A stretch of 64,000 nucleotides of DNA. Origin: Stegostoma tigrinum. Its lineage: Eukaryota. Where the stretch lies: contig NC_081377.1 of NCBI RefSeq assembly GCF_030684315.1, positions 24,800,001 through 24,864,000 on the forward strand, in the 5' to 3' direction. The notes under the pieces were generated by a model that was not told where the DNA came from, searched no databases, and saw nothing but the letters and a program-made list of their open reading frames with translations. Of the stretch, positions 13,616 to 24,950 are shown one piece after another. Made by a program: the position numbers and the translations under genes. Numbering within the stretch: position 1 is the first letter of the stretch; each line of letters begins with the position of its first letter.

Positions 13616-14389
13616 GAAATCACAGACAAGAATTGTTTTCCGTAGGAAATAATTTGACGAAGTTTTTCTCTGCGCCCAATTCAAACTAAAACATCTTGCT
13701 AAATGCTTTCTACGTTGATCTGGATCTGGGGCCAAATTTACAACATAGCCTTTTTAAGCATGGTACTCCTTCAATTTATTATATGAAAAGTAAGCAGTAA
13801 ATATTGCAGGTGTTCTTGTACTCAAGTGAGCAGCTGCTGTGATTCATTTGAGCCTGTGGTGCTGGTGGAGGGTCCTTTGTATCAGGAAAAGTTCCTGCTT
13901 ATTCACTCGTGAGATATTCTGGGAGAGTTAATGACCCCTTGTATCTCAGCACAGTCTCGAAATGAAGTCTAAATTACCGCTGCTCATGGTTTACCAGCCA
14001 TTGAGTAATAATTCAAATGTGTGCTACCAGTTTTAAGTTTCCACTCATGTGAACAGGAAAAGTATTGCTCACTCTTGTAAAATAAACACATATCCTCATT
14101 TAAAATGGATACTTACTCTTGCTGACAACCCATTGATGGTTAACAGCAAAACCAATTAACCTTTAATTCTTAACACCTGCAGAATGGTTTTCAGTAAATT
14201 TTCCAAAATAAAATGTCAATATCAAAAACCAAAGACCTTTTTATAATGATCCATAGTATTCTCATTTTAAAAAATATGTAGTTCTTTTTCGTGTCAATGT
14301 TTTCCTCGGTAACAAAAAGCAACAACAGGTAATGCTGCTGCAATTTGAATTATGGACTAATTTAGCTCATTTGCCTTCAATGCTCAAAC

Positions 14390-14985
14390 CTTTGAATATA
14401 GGAGTTGGACGTCATGTGGAGGTTATACAGGGCATTGATGAGGCCTCTTCTGCAGTACTGAGTGCAGTTCTGGTTGCCCTGTTAAAGAGCAGATATTATT
14501 AACCTGAAGAAAGTTTACAAGAGATTTACCAGGATGTTGCCAGCAGTGGAGGGTTTCAGTTATGCGGAGAGGCTGAATAGGCTGGAACTTTTTTCATAGA
14601 AGCGCAGGAGGTTTATAAAATCATGAGGGGTATAGATAAGGTGAATGCAAGTAACCTTTCACTAGGGTGAGGGATTTCACAACGAGGCTTCATATTTTTA
14701 AGGTCAAAGGAGAAAGATTTAAAAAGATATGAAGGACAATTTTTTTTTTACACAGAGAGTGGTTTGTGTGTGGAATGAACTTCCAGAAGTAGTAGTGGAT
14801 GCAGATACAGTAACATTTAAAAGATATTTTAAAAACTTTTAAACTGCATGAATAAGAAATGGTTGGAGGGATAGGGTCCAAGTACAAGCAGGTGGGACTA
14901 GTTTAGTGGGGTATTATGTTCAGCATGGGCTGGTTGGACTGAATGGTCTGTTTCCATGCTATGTGGCTGCATGACTCTATGACTA
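14390..14985 (+). mobile_element. CR1 LINE 3' fragment
   Basis: gtgcagttctggttgccc; tail ctgtttccatgctatgtg..atgactctatgact. Confidence 0.85.
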
Positions 14986-15677
14986 GAAGGAAGTCTGTGT
15001 CGCTACCATCGTTTCAAGGGCAGTTAGAGATGGGTAACGCGTGCAGGCCTAGCCAGAGAAGGCCAGGTCCTATGAATGAATAAGAAATAAAGATAAAGCT
15101 CTATTTAGCAACATTGTTGTTGGTATGAGGCACCAATCAACCCATAAGCAGTTTGGTCGACGTTTGCGGCATCAGGAAGACTCCAGTAATATTTTAAAAT
15201 GGTGCGATAGCCCAGAGATTTGCTGCTGCCATTTATAACGTATCTAATATCTAATTTTTGTTGGTAGGAGGAAAACGGCATTAATCACACAGAAGGGAAG
15301 CACAAACTTGTTAGAACCATTTGAAATGAGTGCTTTGTTCAAACAGACACAACTTTTGACTGTTACAAGGGCTTAAGACTCAGTGTGGCAATCACAAATT
15401 CTTGCAATAGATGCAACTGCTCTTGAAGAACGGAATCTTTCTGTTTGACTGTCATGATCTGAAGTTTTTTTTTAAAATTCCCTGCTCTTTACACAACTTG
15501 TGCACTTTAGACCTGATAGAGAACGTTAAACTTACTGGGTTGCTTTGAAGAAGGAGGGTATCCTTTTGCATATGGTCCAAGGATGTCATTTGAAGTGGTC
15601 AGGTACCACTTAAAGGATCCTTTGGCTTATCAAATGTAGGCATGACTGTGTGGAAAAATGGATAAACACATTGATAT

Positions 15678-16430
15678 TAGAACATTGAACATAGAACAGT
15701 ACAGCACAGTACAGGCCCTTTGGCCCATGATATGCCGATCTGTTATCCTGCTCAGATCAAACTACCCCGCATGCCCCTAATTTCATGATCATCCATGTGC
15801 ATATCCAAGAAACACTGGAATGCACCTGAAGTATCTGACTCAACTATCACTACCAGCAGCGCACTCCATGCACCCACCACTCTGTGAAAAGAACCTACCT
15901 CTGACATCTCCCCTAAACTTCCTCCAGTCACCCTAAAATTATGCCCCCTCATAATAGTCATTTCCACCCTGAGAAAAAGTCTCTGGCTATCCACTCTGTC
16001 TATGCCTCTCATCATATTGTAAGCCTCTATCAAGTCACCTCTCATTCCTCTTCGTTCCAGTGAGAAAAACCCTAGCTCCTTCAACCTTTCCTTATAAGAT
16101 CTGCCCTCCAGCCCAGGCAGCATCCTGGTAAATCTCCTCTGCACCCTCTCTAAAGCTTCAACATCCCTCCTATATTGAGGTGACCAAAACTGAACACAAT
16201 ATACCAAGTGTGGTCTAACCAGGGCTTTATATTGCAGCATAACCTCATGGCTCTTAAATTCAATTTCACCGTATGCCTTCTTTACAACCCCATCAACTTG
16301 GGTGGCAACTTTGACAGATCTCTGGATATGGACCCCAAGATCCCTCTGTTCTTCCCCACTGCCAAGAATGCTGCCATTAACCCTGTATTCTGCATTCAAA
16401 TTCGACATTCCAAATGAATCACTTCACGCT
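15678..16430 (-). mobile_element. CR1 LINE 3' fragment
   Basis: ORF 15752-16408 (-): QYKALVRPHLVYCVQFWSP..RRGMRGDLIEAY; tail on the minus strand. Confidence 0.93.
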
Positions 16431-16933
16431 TTTTATTGTTAGGCTCATTGGAAATATCAAGACAGCTGTCAAAGAATGTTGTCAGACAAATGCCAACAGA
16501 GCTGTCAAGCAGTCAAGGCATTTGAAATATTTGGAAATCTGTCAGTGCTAAAGAAAAAGTTAGTGTTTTCTATCACAATCTGCCTGTTAACAGAAGCCCA
16601 AAAGTATCATTATAGCATTGCTTCTGCATGACTGATTTCAATACTGAAGGTTAGTATGGTGGGATGCCTAACAGCTCACATTTTGATTGACTGCTCTGAG
16701 TGGTTATGAAGTCTTTGGCATGGTAATATGAATAGAAATGCTTGTTTTTACAAGGCATTTAGTAATTCTAATTGCAGTGATTTTTTTTATATAAATGAGA
16801 GTTCTTTTAAAAGAGAATTTATCAATAAACGCTTAAGAAATTTATTTCATTCTCAGCGTTGGTCCTGAGGTCTGCTATGGTAGATTCTGGGTAAGTTAGC
16901 AAAGAGAGTGTAAGAACTAGGAAACCTGAACTT

Positions 16934-17027
16934 GGGACAATAAAGTGAGCAGCTGGATGAACACAGCTGGCCAGGCAGCATAGAAGAGCAGGAAAGCTGA
17001 CATTTCAAGTCTAGACCCTTCTTCAGA
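16934..17027 (-). mobile_element. Short Penelope pLTR (family A) insert with TSD
   Basis: Flanked by aaacctgaactt at 16922-16933 and 17028-17039; sits inside a decayed CR1. Confidence 0.8.
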
Positions 17028-17689
17028 AAACCTGAACTTAGGATGTGGCTTGAAATAAGGAGTCTCCTACTTACATCGTAGATGAGTAAAATTCTCAGAA
17101 AGTCATGAGTCAGTGGAAGACTGTTCACCAGAGAGTAGTAGAGGCAACATCATCAAACTTTTATGAGGCAGAATGGCCTACTTGTACCATTGCTTAATAT
17201 GTCTGCATGTGAAGGTAAATGGCGATGGACATGGATTAGTATAAATAAGATTAAAGTGAGTAAAGGGGCTCGAAAGGAGGTGGTGGTGGAGAGAATTGGA
17301 ATAGCATGGAGGGCCATGGGGTTGTGTGGAAATGACTTGGCATGGGTAGACAGTGGATGGGGTATGGGGAGTCGTTGAAGGATTGAGGACTGGAGACTGT
17401 TTTTGTGATTTATTTTTTATCCTCCATAGTGCCAAAGCACTCTGGTGGATCTTTTCTCCAACCCACCTCTGCGCAGTACCTGTGGCTGCCTCTGAATGCC
17501 TACTATACGTGAATAGCTGGAATCTTATTTCAAAGTGACCTATTGGAATGAAAGGCCAGCCAACTAAGCATGTTTTATGGGTTGTGCTTATGAAGCTGGG
17601 AATTGTCCCAATTTCCAATTTCTGATCTGAAAGCAAGGTGTTGGTCTATTTCCCCTTTAGCCGTACCTACAAAGTTTATTAGAAAGAAG

Positions 17690-17892
17690 GAAAGTAAGAT
17701 TGTATTCATATAGCACCTTTTATGACTCCAAAATACTTTGCTGCCAGTGAACCACTTTTAGGAGTAAAGTCACTTTTGTTAAGAAAGAAAGACAGAAGCA
17801 TATCAGTGCACGACAAGCTTCCACACACCACAGTGTGTTAATGACCAGATATTCTGTTCTAGTGATAATTATTAAAGAATAAGTATTGACTA
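17690..17892 (-). mobile_element. Deu-domain-like SINE, 3' half
   Basis: Minus strand cagaatatctggtcattaacacactgtggtgtgtggaagcttg...aaggtgctatatgaatacaatctt resembles the DeuSINE body and tail as recalled. Confidence 0.65.
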
Positions 17893-19133
17893 TGCTTTGT
17901 GAACCCATTAAAGGTAATGCTGGGAAGTCAGATCCCAAAATTAGACATGGCAAAATAGATTATAAATTTCATTTTTGTAATTTATTTACTGTGGCAGCCA
18001 ATCATTAAACATATTCACAAGAGGCTGGTAAAGAAATCATAACAAAAGAACATCAAAGATTAACGCACATAAATAAAGAAAACATGAACTATTTTATTAC
18101 TACGTAAGAACTATGTGACATAGCCTTATTGCAGATGTCAAAAATAATTATTTAACCCTTATCTTAAAAATTTTTCAAGTTACTCAAACTGTGGTGATTG
18201 TAACAAGGTTAGCCAGCTGGATTGCGTAGATTAGGGGTTCCCTGACTGGGGCTGTTAATCTGATGCAATCAAGGAGTCCTGGTTGACAGATAAAAAGGGG
18301 CATGTCAGAGATAGTATCACTCTGTGAGCTGACTCTGAAGAGGCAGTACTAGACCCAAGGACTGGTCATGTATATTAAAGGATCACTTGGTGATGGGATA
18401 CTGAACTCTGTGAAATTATTTCAGAAACTTTATGAAATATCAGCCTTTTTCCACAACAGCTGTCCTTGTGTCAGTGGGCAAGGCTGTTCTTGTGTTCACT
18501 CACTTCTATTTCTTTAGTCCAGTTTTCTTATTGAGATCCTTAAACAAACTGTTAACACAGCTCATTTATTTCTAAACATGAGTTCCTAAAATTATTTTTG
18601 TGCAGCCATCTATTTCTAGAGCTTTTCTCTCTACTGGCACTAAACCACTGAGGACTTCTTTTCTTCATCCTGACTGTTTTGGAGACTGGTAAACTGTACA
18701 GCTGCAGATACAGGCCTTTTTTCATCTGAATGACCTGCTTCTCTCTTTCTCTGAAACTGCCCAGAACGTGACCTCTGGATGTTTCTGTCTCTCTACTAGG
18801 ACTTGTTTCTGCCTATCTCTCTGCATCGTAGGACATCTTGTTGTAATGTGACAGCTCATTTGTTCTTTCTTCCACTCTTCTTTACTAAAGCACCACATTT
18901 TTTTTTCTGATAAGCATTCTTTTTAAGAGAATAATCTCATTTGAATGCATACAAATAAATTTCCAAACAATCTAGCAAAACTCACAGACCTCAGAGACTA
19001 AACTAGATCTATGTCCTTCTTAAGAAACATAACATAGAAATATAAATCAAACTTAGAGATATATGTGGTTCAGGCCACTTTAGAACCCGTCCTTCCAAAA
19101 GATATTAATGACATAATGAAAATCTTTACCGCA
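17893..19133 (-). mobile_element. Probable solo LTR (~1 kb excluding the nested insert) splitting the SINE
   Basis: TG...CA termini; the SINE resumes on both sides; its end (gggatctgacttcccagcattacc) resembles the end of the 6576-7492 LTR. No clean TSD. Confidence 0.55.
18190..18423 (+). mobile_element. 234-bp solo LTR nested in the larger LTR
   Basis: TGTGGTG...TTATTTCA termini, flanked by caaac/gaaac (5-bp TSD with 1 mismatch); internal gataaaa and attaaa. Confidence 0.75.
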
Positions 19134-19370
19134 GAGGACACATGGGGAACTCCCCTGCTCTTTCAAAAAATATTGACGTAAAATCTTTTAAATCTACCAA
19201 CAGGACAGATAGGGGCCTTTGTTAAATGTCTGGTGAAAAATGGCACTCTTGACAGTTTAACACCCCCTCAGTAATCCACTGAAGTGTCAGCTTTGATCAT
19301 TGTGTTGGTATCAGACGTGACTTTCTGACAAAGGGATGGAAGTGCTCGCAACTGAGTCATAGCTAACAAG
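19134..19370 (-). mobile_element. Deu-domain-like SINE, 5' half
   Basis: Minus strand: gctatgactcagttg head, then aagctgacacttcagtg..actgagg and gaaagagcaggggagttccc. Confidence 0.65.
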
Positions 19371-20214
19371 AGAACTAAAGGTAAAGTTCAACAGGAATTT
19401 TCATATTTAAACCAATGAGTTCTGTTCTGCTGATCATTTTAACAAAGTATCTCTGGGTTGAAACACATAGCTCTTGGAACCAATAGGTTTCCAAGTTAAA
19501 GAAATGAGACCCAAATTTGGATTTAACAGTCACCCACTGACAATACAATAACCATGAAAGCAAAAATTAAATGTTCAACATTAAAGCATAATCAAATCCA
19601 TATCAGCGGGGATTTCTGGCATCTTCCTGATGTAAGCAGGATGGTTCAAAGGGCAAGTCATACTCTTTATGACTTATTACATTATTGCTGACCACACAAA
19701 CACGCTTAGTTGTAAACAATTGTTTTAACCACACCAACTGTTCCTACTTCATCCTACAATAAATTAATGTTCCCCACAACATGAGTTGGGGGGGGGGCGC
19801 GATAGCTACAATTAATCCTTTCGGTAATTGGTAATGGTATTTACCGCACCCTGGCATGGTTAGAATGGGCTGCCAGCAGTTTGGTGAACTTCCCTTATCT
19901 CTAAGTATCCAAGAAAGGGCATTGCTGCCAACGTTCGGGTTACTGGAGTGTTTGCAGATTGAGGTACAAATAGAGGTTGGAGCATCTCTGCTACAACTGT
20001 TTGTCCATCACAATTATAATTGTGGATGCTTCTGATCAATTATTTCCCCACTCCTGAAATTATCAAGACATTCTGGGATAGGTTCTGTCGACTCAAAAGG
20101 AATCTATGATCTTGTAAAGTAGGAATGACTAATTGATAAGTTTAACCTCATAGTCAGTAAGTTACTTGATTGCAGTGTGCTTCTACATCCATTCATGCAG
20201 CAAGAATTTCTAGA

Positions 20215-21420
20215 CTTTTTATTCATGGGATAAGGACATTGCTGGCTTAGTCAGTATTTATTATCCATCCACCACTGCACTTACCAAGTTAATGGTGAGT
20301 TGCTGTCTTAAACCATTGCAGTCCATGTTTTCTTGGTGCACTCACCGAGCAATTAGGAATGGAGTTTTAAGATTTCAGCCCAGCGAGTGAGGGATCTGTA
20401 CTGCAGGGTGGGGTTTAATAGTAGGGTGCAAGTGGAAGGCTGCTTAACTTCCAGAGGAAAGTCAGCAGTTATCTGGCAGATTGATAAGGAGGCTACACCA
20501 CAACTCTCACATGGTATAGGCAGACCGAAACGATGTAAAATGGGACTTACACCCCTCCGTGCGAGCATGCCCCACTCTCCAGAGGTACCAGTTATTCAGG
20601 TTGATGAAGACCTCAATGGTTCATCAGAAGATGGGGTCCTTAGGCAGAGACAGTCAAGGGGGTAAAGAGGTGAATTTTAAAATCCAAGTTGGGAAGAAGG
20701 AAGTGGGGTTCACATTATCAGCTGAGGTAGCACCCATTATGTGCAAGGGGCAGCCTCCAAAGGTAGTGTTCACTTTCCTTCCTATCTTTTAAAAGTTTTT
20801 TTTAGAAATAAGGAGACTCAATCCTGCCCAAATACTGTTTTACAGAATTCAACTCAGGGGTGTGCAGGAAGGTGGTGAATTGGTGAGGGCATGAAAGGTC
20901 CAAATCATAGCTGCATATCAGAGTGATATGTGGCTTGGCAAGGGACTTATGTGTGGTAGCGTTTCTATGTATTTGCTGCCCTTGTCTTTCTAACTGTTAC
21001 AGGTTGTATGTTTGGAAAGCACTGTCAAAAAAACTATGGTAATTTATTGCAGGGCATCCTCTCCACGTCCATGTAAATGGCATACGTAGCTTTCACTGTG
21101 CAGTGGTGGTCGAGGGAGAAAATGTTTGAGATGAAGGATGTAGTACCAATCAAGTTGTCTGCTTTGTGTTGGATCGTGTTGGCCTTCTCGATTCCTGTTA
21201 GAGCTGCACTCATCTAGGCAAGTGAAGAATGCTACATCACACTCCTGACTTTGCCTTGTAGATGGTGAACAGGCTTTGGTGAGACAGAAGGTGTGTGATC
21301 TGCCACAGAATTCCCAGCCTCTGTCCTGCTCTTACAGTCACATCATTTAGATGGCTGGCCCATTTCAGTTTCTAGTCAATGTTAACTCCCACAGTGAAAT
21401 TCACCAATGGTAGTGTCAAT
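20215..21420 (-). mobile_element. Old CR1/L2-group LINE 3' end, interrupted at ~20390-20900 by an unclassified insert
   Basis: Tail (minus strand: ataaatactgactaagccagcaatgtccttatcccatgaa) shared with copies at ~15.0, 29.1, 39.6 and 48.3 kb; the LINE body resumes at ~20905. Confidence 0.6.
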
Positions 21421-21569
21421 GAAACTCTTCAATTGAAGATACTGAAGCAAACTGAGTTAATGTTGCACCCCAGTTGATGTCAGCATGTTCAGCACTCCCC
21501 AGAAATTATATCTGTATATTCCTGCTCTATAGGCATCAGCATCATTCCAAGTAATACATTAAACAGCAG

Positions 21570-22090
21570 CCTGTTTAGATAGTTTCCACCAATGCGTTAC
21601 TTGTTTACTTTTCCTCAGTACATCACTCTGACTTCATCAAATCCCAAACAGCCATCACCTCTGTTCTCACCAACCTACATTAGTACAATGCCCAATAACA
21701 GCTTGATTTTAATCTTCTCATCCTCATTTGCAAGTACCAGCAAGGTCTCACTGATGTTTGTATCTGTAACCCCTTCAAGCTCTACAACTCTCTGCACTCA
21801 TCAAATTCTGACATTGTACACATCCTGATTGCTTATACACCTCTGTTGCTGCCCAATGAGCTCTGGAATTCACTGGCCAAACATCCCTCTGTCACTGCCC
21901 CTGTCTCTCCAGATTGAAGGTATCCCTAACTCTTTGAACCATCTTTTGGTGGCCTGTTCTAATTCCTCCAATCGCTTCATTGCTTATTCTAACAACTTTT
22001 TGGCTCAGTGACAAATTTTGTCTGATAACACTCCTGTGAAACATTTGAGTAATTTTGTCATGTTAAAGATATCATATAAATACAAATTAT
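21570..22090 (+). mobile_element. Old L2-like LINE 3' end
   Basis: The 3' end ggctcagtgacaaattttgtctgataacactcctgtgaaacattt..tataaatacaa has an inverted homologue at 39105-39530. Confidence 0.55.
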
Positions 22091-22125
22091 CGTAGAGTCT
22101 AAGGAAAGCTTACTGAAATATTGAA

Positions 22126-22455
22126 GCAAAACCAAAATAGAAAACTGTGGATGCCACAGATCAGAAACAAAAACAAAAATAAACAAAAGAACTGCAAATG
22201 CTGTAAATCAGGAACAAAAACAAAAGTTGCCGGAAAAGCTCAGCACGTCTAGCAGCATCTGTGAAAGAGAAAGCAGAGTTAATGTTTCGGGACTGGGGGT
22301 GACTTCTGAGGAAGGGTCACCAGATCTGAAACAAAAACAAAAAATGCTGAAAAAGCTCAGCAGCCTTACAATCGACCTGAAATGTTAACTCTGATTTTTT
22401 TCCACAGATGCTGCCAGATCTGCTGAGCATTTCCAGCAGTTTCTGTTTTTGTTTG
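22126..22455. mobile_element. Penelope family B inverted pLTR pair with a second pLTR nested inside
   Basis: Outer duplication tgaaatat (22114, 22456); inner insert 22180-22327 flanked by gaaacaaaaacaaaaa (22164-22179, 22328-22343). Confidence 0.8.
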
Positions 22456-23729
22456 TGAAATATCAAATATATTGTTTATTATTGAATTTGGGAGGCATTG
22501 TGTCTCTCTGTTATAGGAATATTGATATTTATTTTGAAAAGTTTGTTAAAAACTGTAGAATACATATAGGGAACAGGCAAAGATTTAACAGATAAGTGAC
22601 TCGGCCTTTTGACAAATGTAGATGGCCTCAGTTTGAATAGAAATATTATTCAATTTCTATTGATACAACTTGAAAAGATGATCAAGCCAATCTGTCAAAT
22701 ATCCTACATGGACAAAATAGACCTTTACTGTAACAGCATAAATTCCATTTCCAGTGACTTATCACTCAATATCACACATATGATATGAATACAGTAATAA
22801 AGCATAAATAGATGCAATTATATTGTTACATACATTTAATTTTATGAACCATTATCATTACCATTGTTATAATAATCAACAGTTACTATCTTTACTCGAG
22901 CAAGTTTTTGCGAATCCAAATATTTATGTGAAACAAATTTTCCTTCACTAAACTACTGATATTTGAAAAACAAGGTATTAGACAGTAGAATGGATACAGT
23001 TAGCTATATATGTTTAATTACAGATTAAAAATTCTCCTTCCATTATTCTGATCCTGTAATATTGCTGTACTTATTACTATAGAAATAACTGTTGTCAGTA
23101 CCAGCCTTTGCTGCAGAAACAAGGTCAGAATCCTGGAAGGGTCTGAGCAATAAGGACTATGGTGAGATGGGTGGCAAAATCAGGAGTCAAGCACAAGGAG
23201 GCTCATCTCAACATCACAAGCAACAGGTGATGAGATTCTCCTAAGCAGAGGCAATTTGTTAATTGATGATCATTGTTGCTTGTTCGGCTCCTTGTTAACT
23301 GCCTAACAGAAGTTAGTAATACTCCTATCTTACCAAACTTGGCAAACAAGCTTGATATTGAGAAAACACTGCAAAAAGACCACCCACAGGAATCAGCTCA
23401 CTGCTTACTCCGAATAACCCCCATGTTGGAAATCGGGTATCAGTATCTCAGGGCATATCCCCTGGGCACCAGTCACACATGCTCCAAGTCAATGGACATT
23501 GGCATCTGACATATCATATCTAAGAATGTACACAGCATATTTCCCATCCACTTACAGTTCAGTTCTTATTGTCAATGCCGCACTATCCCTGGCCCTGTAA
23601 CACTGCAGCAAGGACCCTCAGGGGCATGCACCCAGGTCTTGAACTTGGCCAGGTTGCATCTCTGGGCTCTTCACTTGCCTTTACAATGCTCACTTTAAGT
23701 CTACCTAGAAGCAGACTGCATCCTTAACA

Positions 23730-23953
23730 GAGATAATGGGAACTGCAGATGCTGGAGATTCCAAGATAATAAAATGTGAGGCTGGATGAACACAGCAGGC
23801 CAAGCAGCATCTCAGGAGCACAAAAGCTGACGTTTCGGGCCTAGACCCTTCATCAGAGAGCTGATGAAGGGTCTAGGCCCAAAACGTCAGCTTTTGTGCT
23901 CCTGAGATGCTGCTTGGCCTGCTGTGTTCATCCAGCCTCACATTTTATTATCT
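23730..23953. mobile_element. Penelope family A asymmetric inverted pLTR insert
   Basis: 95-bp arms at 23762-23856 and 23861-23955 (1 mismatch), 4-nt spacer, 13-bp TSD tgcatccttaaca (23717-23729, 23954-23966). Confidence 0.93.
23826..23860 (-). ncRNA. Minimal type I hammerhead ribozyme motif
   Basis: Minus strand: cucu CUGAUGA A GGGU-CUAG-GCCC GAAA C GUC agc. Confidence 0.75.
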
Positions 23954-24099
23954 TGCATCCTTAACATGTTGTTTTGCACTTTGCCCTGTAGGCCAGAGAT
24001 ACCTGGCTCATATAACTGCAGACCTCAATCAAGTCAAGGGGCAACTCACTCAGGAGTTTCTGGCTGAGTGAGTCAAGGGCAGTTACTGATACAGGCCAT

Positions 24100-24950
24100 A
24101 CTCAGGCAGGTAAGAATAAGCAGCCCTCTGTTCATAAGAGTTGAGGAACAAAACAATGGGCAACACACACTGCATCTTGACTCTTTTCAACTGGTTGTGA
24201 GCTGGTTTCTTCCTGGAATGAGAGAAAGGCGGGTATTGCAGGAAATGAAGGTGGGTAGCACAGCTTTTACTGTTGTTGCAGGTTGCCGGGGGGCCCTGAC
24301 TGAGTGAATAGACAATGTCGAGGGTATGCAGTGTTAGTAGTGTCATGGATAACACAGTGTGGAGCTGAAGGAACACAACAGGTCAGGCAGCATCAGAAAA
24401 ACAGGAAAGTTGATGTTTCAGGTCGGGACCCCATTTCTGAAGAAGGGTCCCAACCTGAAACATCAGTTTTCCTGCTCCTCTAATGTTGCCTGGCCTGCTG
24501 TGTTCCACAGCTCCGCACTGTACTACCTATGACTCCAGCATCTGCAGCTCTTATTATCTCTAATAGTGTTGCAGGAGAGAGAGAGAGAGGGAAGGAGGGA
24601 GGGAGGGAAGATGTTGCAGGCTGTGTATAAGAGTGCAAGAATGCGGGAGTATGAGTCATGGTAGGAGGTGATTACAGTTACAGCAATCAAATGAGTGTGA
24701 AGTATCAGAGAGAAAATGGTGGCACTCACCCTGGTCAAGTGTAGATGATCATTGACATTCTTCTAACAATGTTGTGCATTCCTCCTAACAGCTGAGAGTG
24801 TTTTAACTGGGTGGCAAACTTGGGCCAGGTTGGCATGGTCCAGAGGGATGAAGAAGTCCCACATTGGCACCACCTCATACAACAGAATCTCCCTGACCTT
24901 GCCTAAAAAGTGGGGCAATGGTTTCCTCCATATTCCACATCTGGGCAAAT
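24100..24950 (-). pseudogene. Harbinger-type Myb/SANT-like DNA-binding protein pseudogene, two exons
   Basis: Exon 1 ends LSAVRRNAQHC*KNVNDHLHLTR|GTGAGT (boundary 24730); acceptor ttctctcattccAG at 24213; exon 2 KPAHNQLKRVKMQCVLPIVLFLNSYEQRA. Resembles the recalled motifs R+xxQCRKKxNDL and K.AHNRRE..KTGGG...LT.YEERA. Confidence 0.6.
24348..24560. mobile_element. Older Penelope inverted pLTR insert (CUGAAGA variant)
   Basis: Inverted arms around ~24430; plus strand ctgaagaagggtcccaacctgaaacatc; ~32-nt extra tail on the right arm. Confidence 0.8.
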
